From: an uncultured delta proteobacterium | GTDB lineage: Bacteria > Desulfobacterota > Binatia > UBA9968 | Direction of reading: 5' to 3' | Length of the DNA: 64,000 nt | Assembly: GCA_963816145.1 (NCBI GenBank) | Contig: CAWFJP010000018.1 | Location: 160,001 to 224,000, forward strand | Shown here: positions 63,323-64,000 of the stretch, one piece after another | Layout of the letters: each line of letters opens with the position of its first letter | How positions within the stretch are numbered: the stretch's first letter is position 1 | Notes under the pieces: model-generated | Seen by the model: only the letters and a program-made list of their open reading frames with translations | What the model was told of the DNA's origin: nothing | The model's database searches: none | Made by a program: the position numbers and the translations under genes

Positions 63323-64000
63323 TTAAGAAGTCTGCCGGGCTTTGAAGCGGTGCTTTTCGATTCCCAGGCTCTTGATCTTCGACTCAAGCGTCTGCCGCGG
63401 AATTCCGAGCTTGGCGGCGGCGCCCGAGCGGCCGGCAATCCGGCCCTGGCATGCGGCCAAGGCGTTTTCGATCAATTCTTTTTCGTTCTCGACGAGAGTA
63501 GCGACTAAAGACACGACTGGCCCGGATCGTTGCCCGTCGCGTTTCAACCAGGTCTCGTCGACGGAAAAGGTTTCGCCATCGCACAGCACCACGGCCCGCT
63601 CGATGACATTCTGCAGCTCGCGAATGTTGCCGGGCCAATCGTAGGCTTGGAACAGCTCCATGGTTCGTTTGTTGAGGTTTTTGAACTTCTTGCCGGCCGC
63701 TTTGCCGTACCGTTCGATGAAGTACTCGACGAGCAATGAAATGTCGTCCGTCCGTTCGCGCAACGACGGTATCCGAATTGGAAAAACATTCAACCGGTAA
63801 TAGAGATCCTGGCGGAACGTCCCCGCCGCCACGGCGGCCTTTAAGTCCCGGTTGGTCGCGGCGAGCACGCGCACGTCCACGGCTATCGGCTGGCTGCTGC
63901 CGACCCGTTCAAATTCCCGCTCCTGAAGCACTCGCAAGAGCGCGATCTGGGTTTCAGCCGGCAGCTCGCCAATCTCGTCCAGAAAGATCGTCCCGCCGTC
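63323..64000 (-). CDS. sigma54 enhancer-binding protein, FhlA-like (C-terminal part; runs off the window)
   Basis: [45 protein letters not shown] and [13 protein letters not shown] motifs. Confidence 0.93.
   Translation of the reverse strand, partial: DGGTIFLDEIGELPAETQIALLRVLQEREFERVGSSQPIAVDVRVLAATNRDLKAAVAAGTFRQDLYYRLNVFPIRIPSLRERTDDISLLVEYFIERYGKAAGKKFKNLNKRTMELFQAYDWPGNIRELQNVIERAVVLCDGETFSVDETWLKRDGQRSGPVVSLVATLVENEKELIENALAACQGRIAGRSGAAAKLGIPRQTLESKIKSLGIEKHRFKARQTS

Overview
GC-rich bacterial chromosome segment. Gene content and order (ccsA-hemA-hemC, many solute-binding proteins, FhlA-like activators) suggest a deltaproteobacterium-like organism, possibly Candidatus Binatia; this is inference only. 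Positions 1-39.9 kb are mostly housekeeping and transport genes: heme biosynthesis, Dpp-type and Aap-type ABC modules, pdxH, cofH, hisS-aspS, tupABC, guaBA and comM. Positions 40-64 kb are an almost entirely minus-strand accessory region of redox enzymes and hydrolases, organised around sigma54 promoters and two FhlA-like enhancer-binding proteins. Highlights not visible in the ORF track: (1) a glutathione S-transferase with an in-frame UGA at the catalytic-Cys position, followed by a perfect SECIS-like hairpin, so a probable selenoprotein (7158-7718); (2) a terminator plus an RBS-sequestering hairpin in the guaB leader; (3) five sigma54 -24/-12 promoter motifs, three paired with a shared tandem 16-bp enhancer motif and three directly upstream of unannotated 43-54 aa hydrophobic peptides; (4) several palindromic REP-like repeat families. 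Single-base frameshifts in guaA, ccsA, the MFS gene and the trxB-like gene look like sequencing indels. No rRNA, tRNA, CRISPR array, integrase or transposase was recognised.
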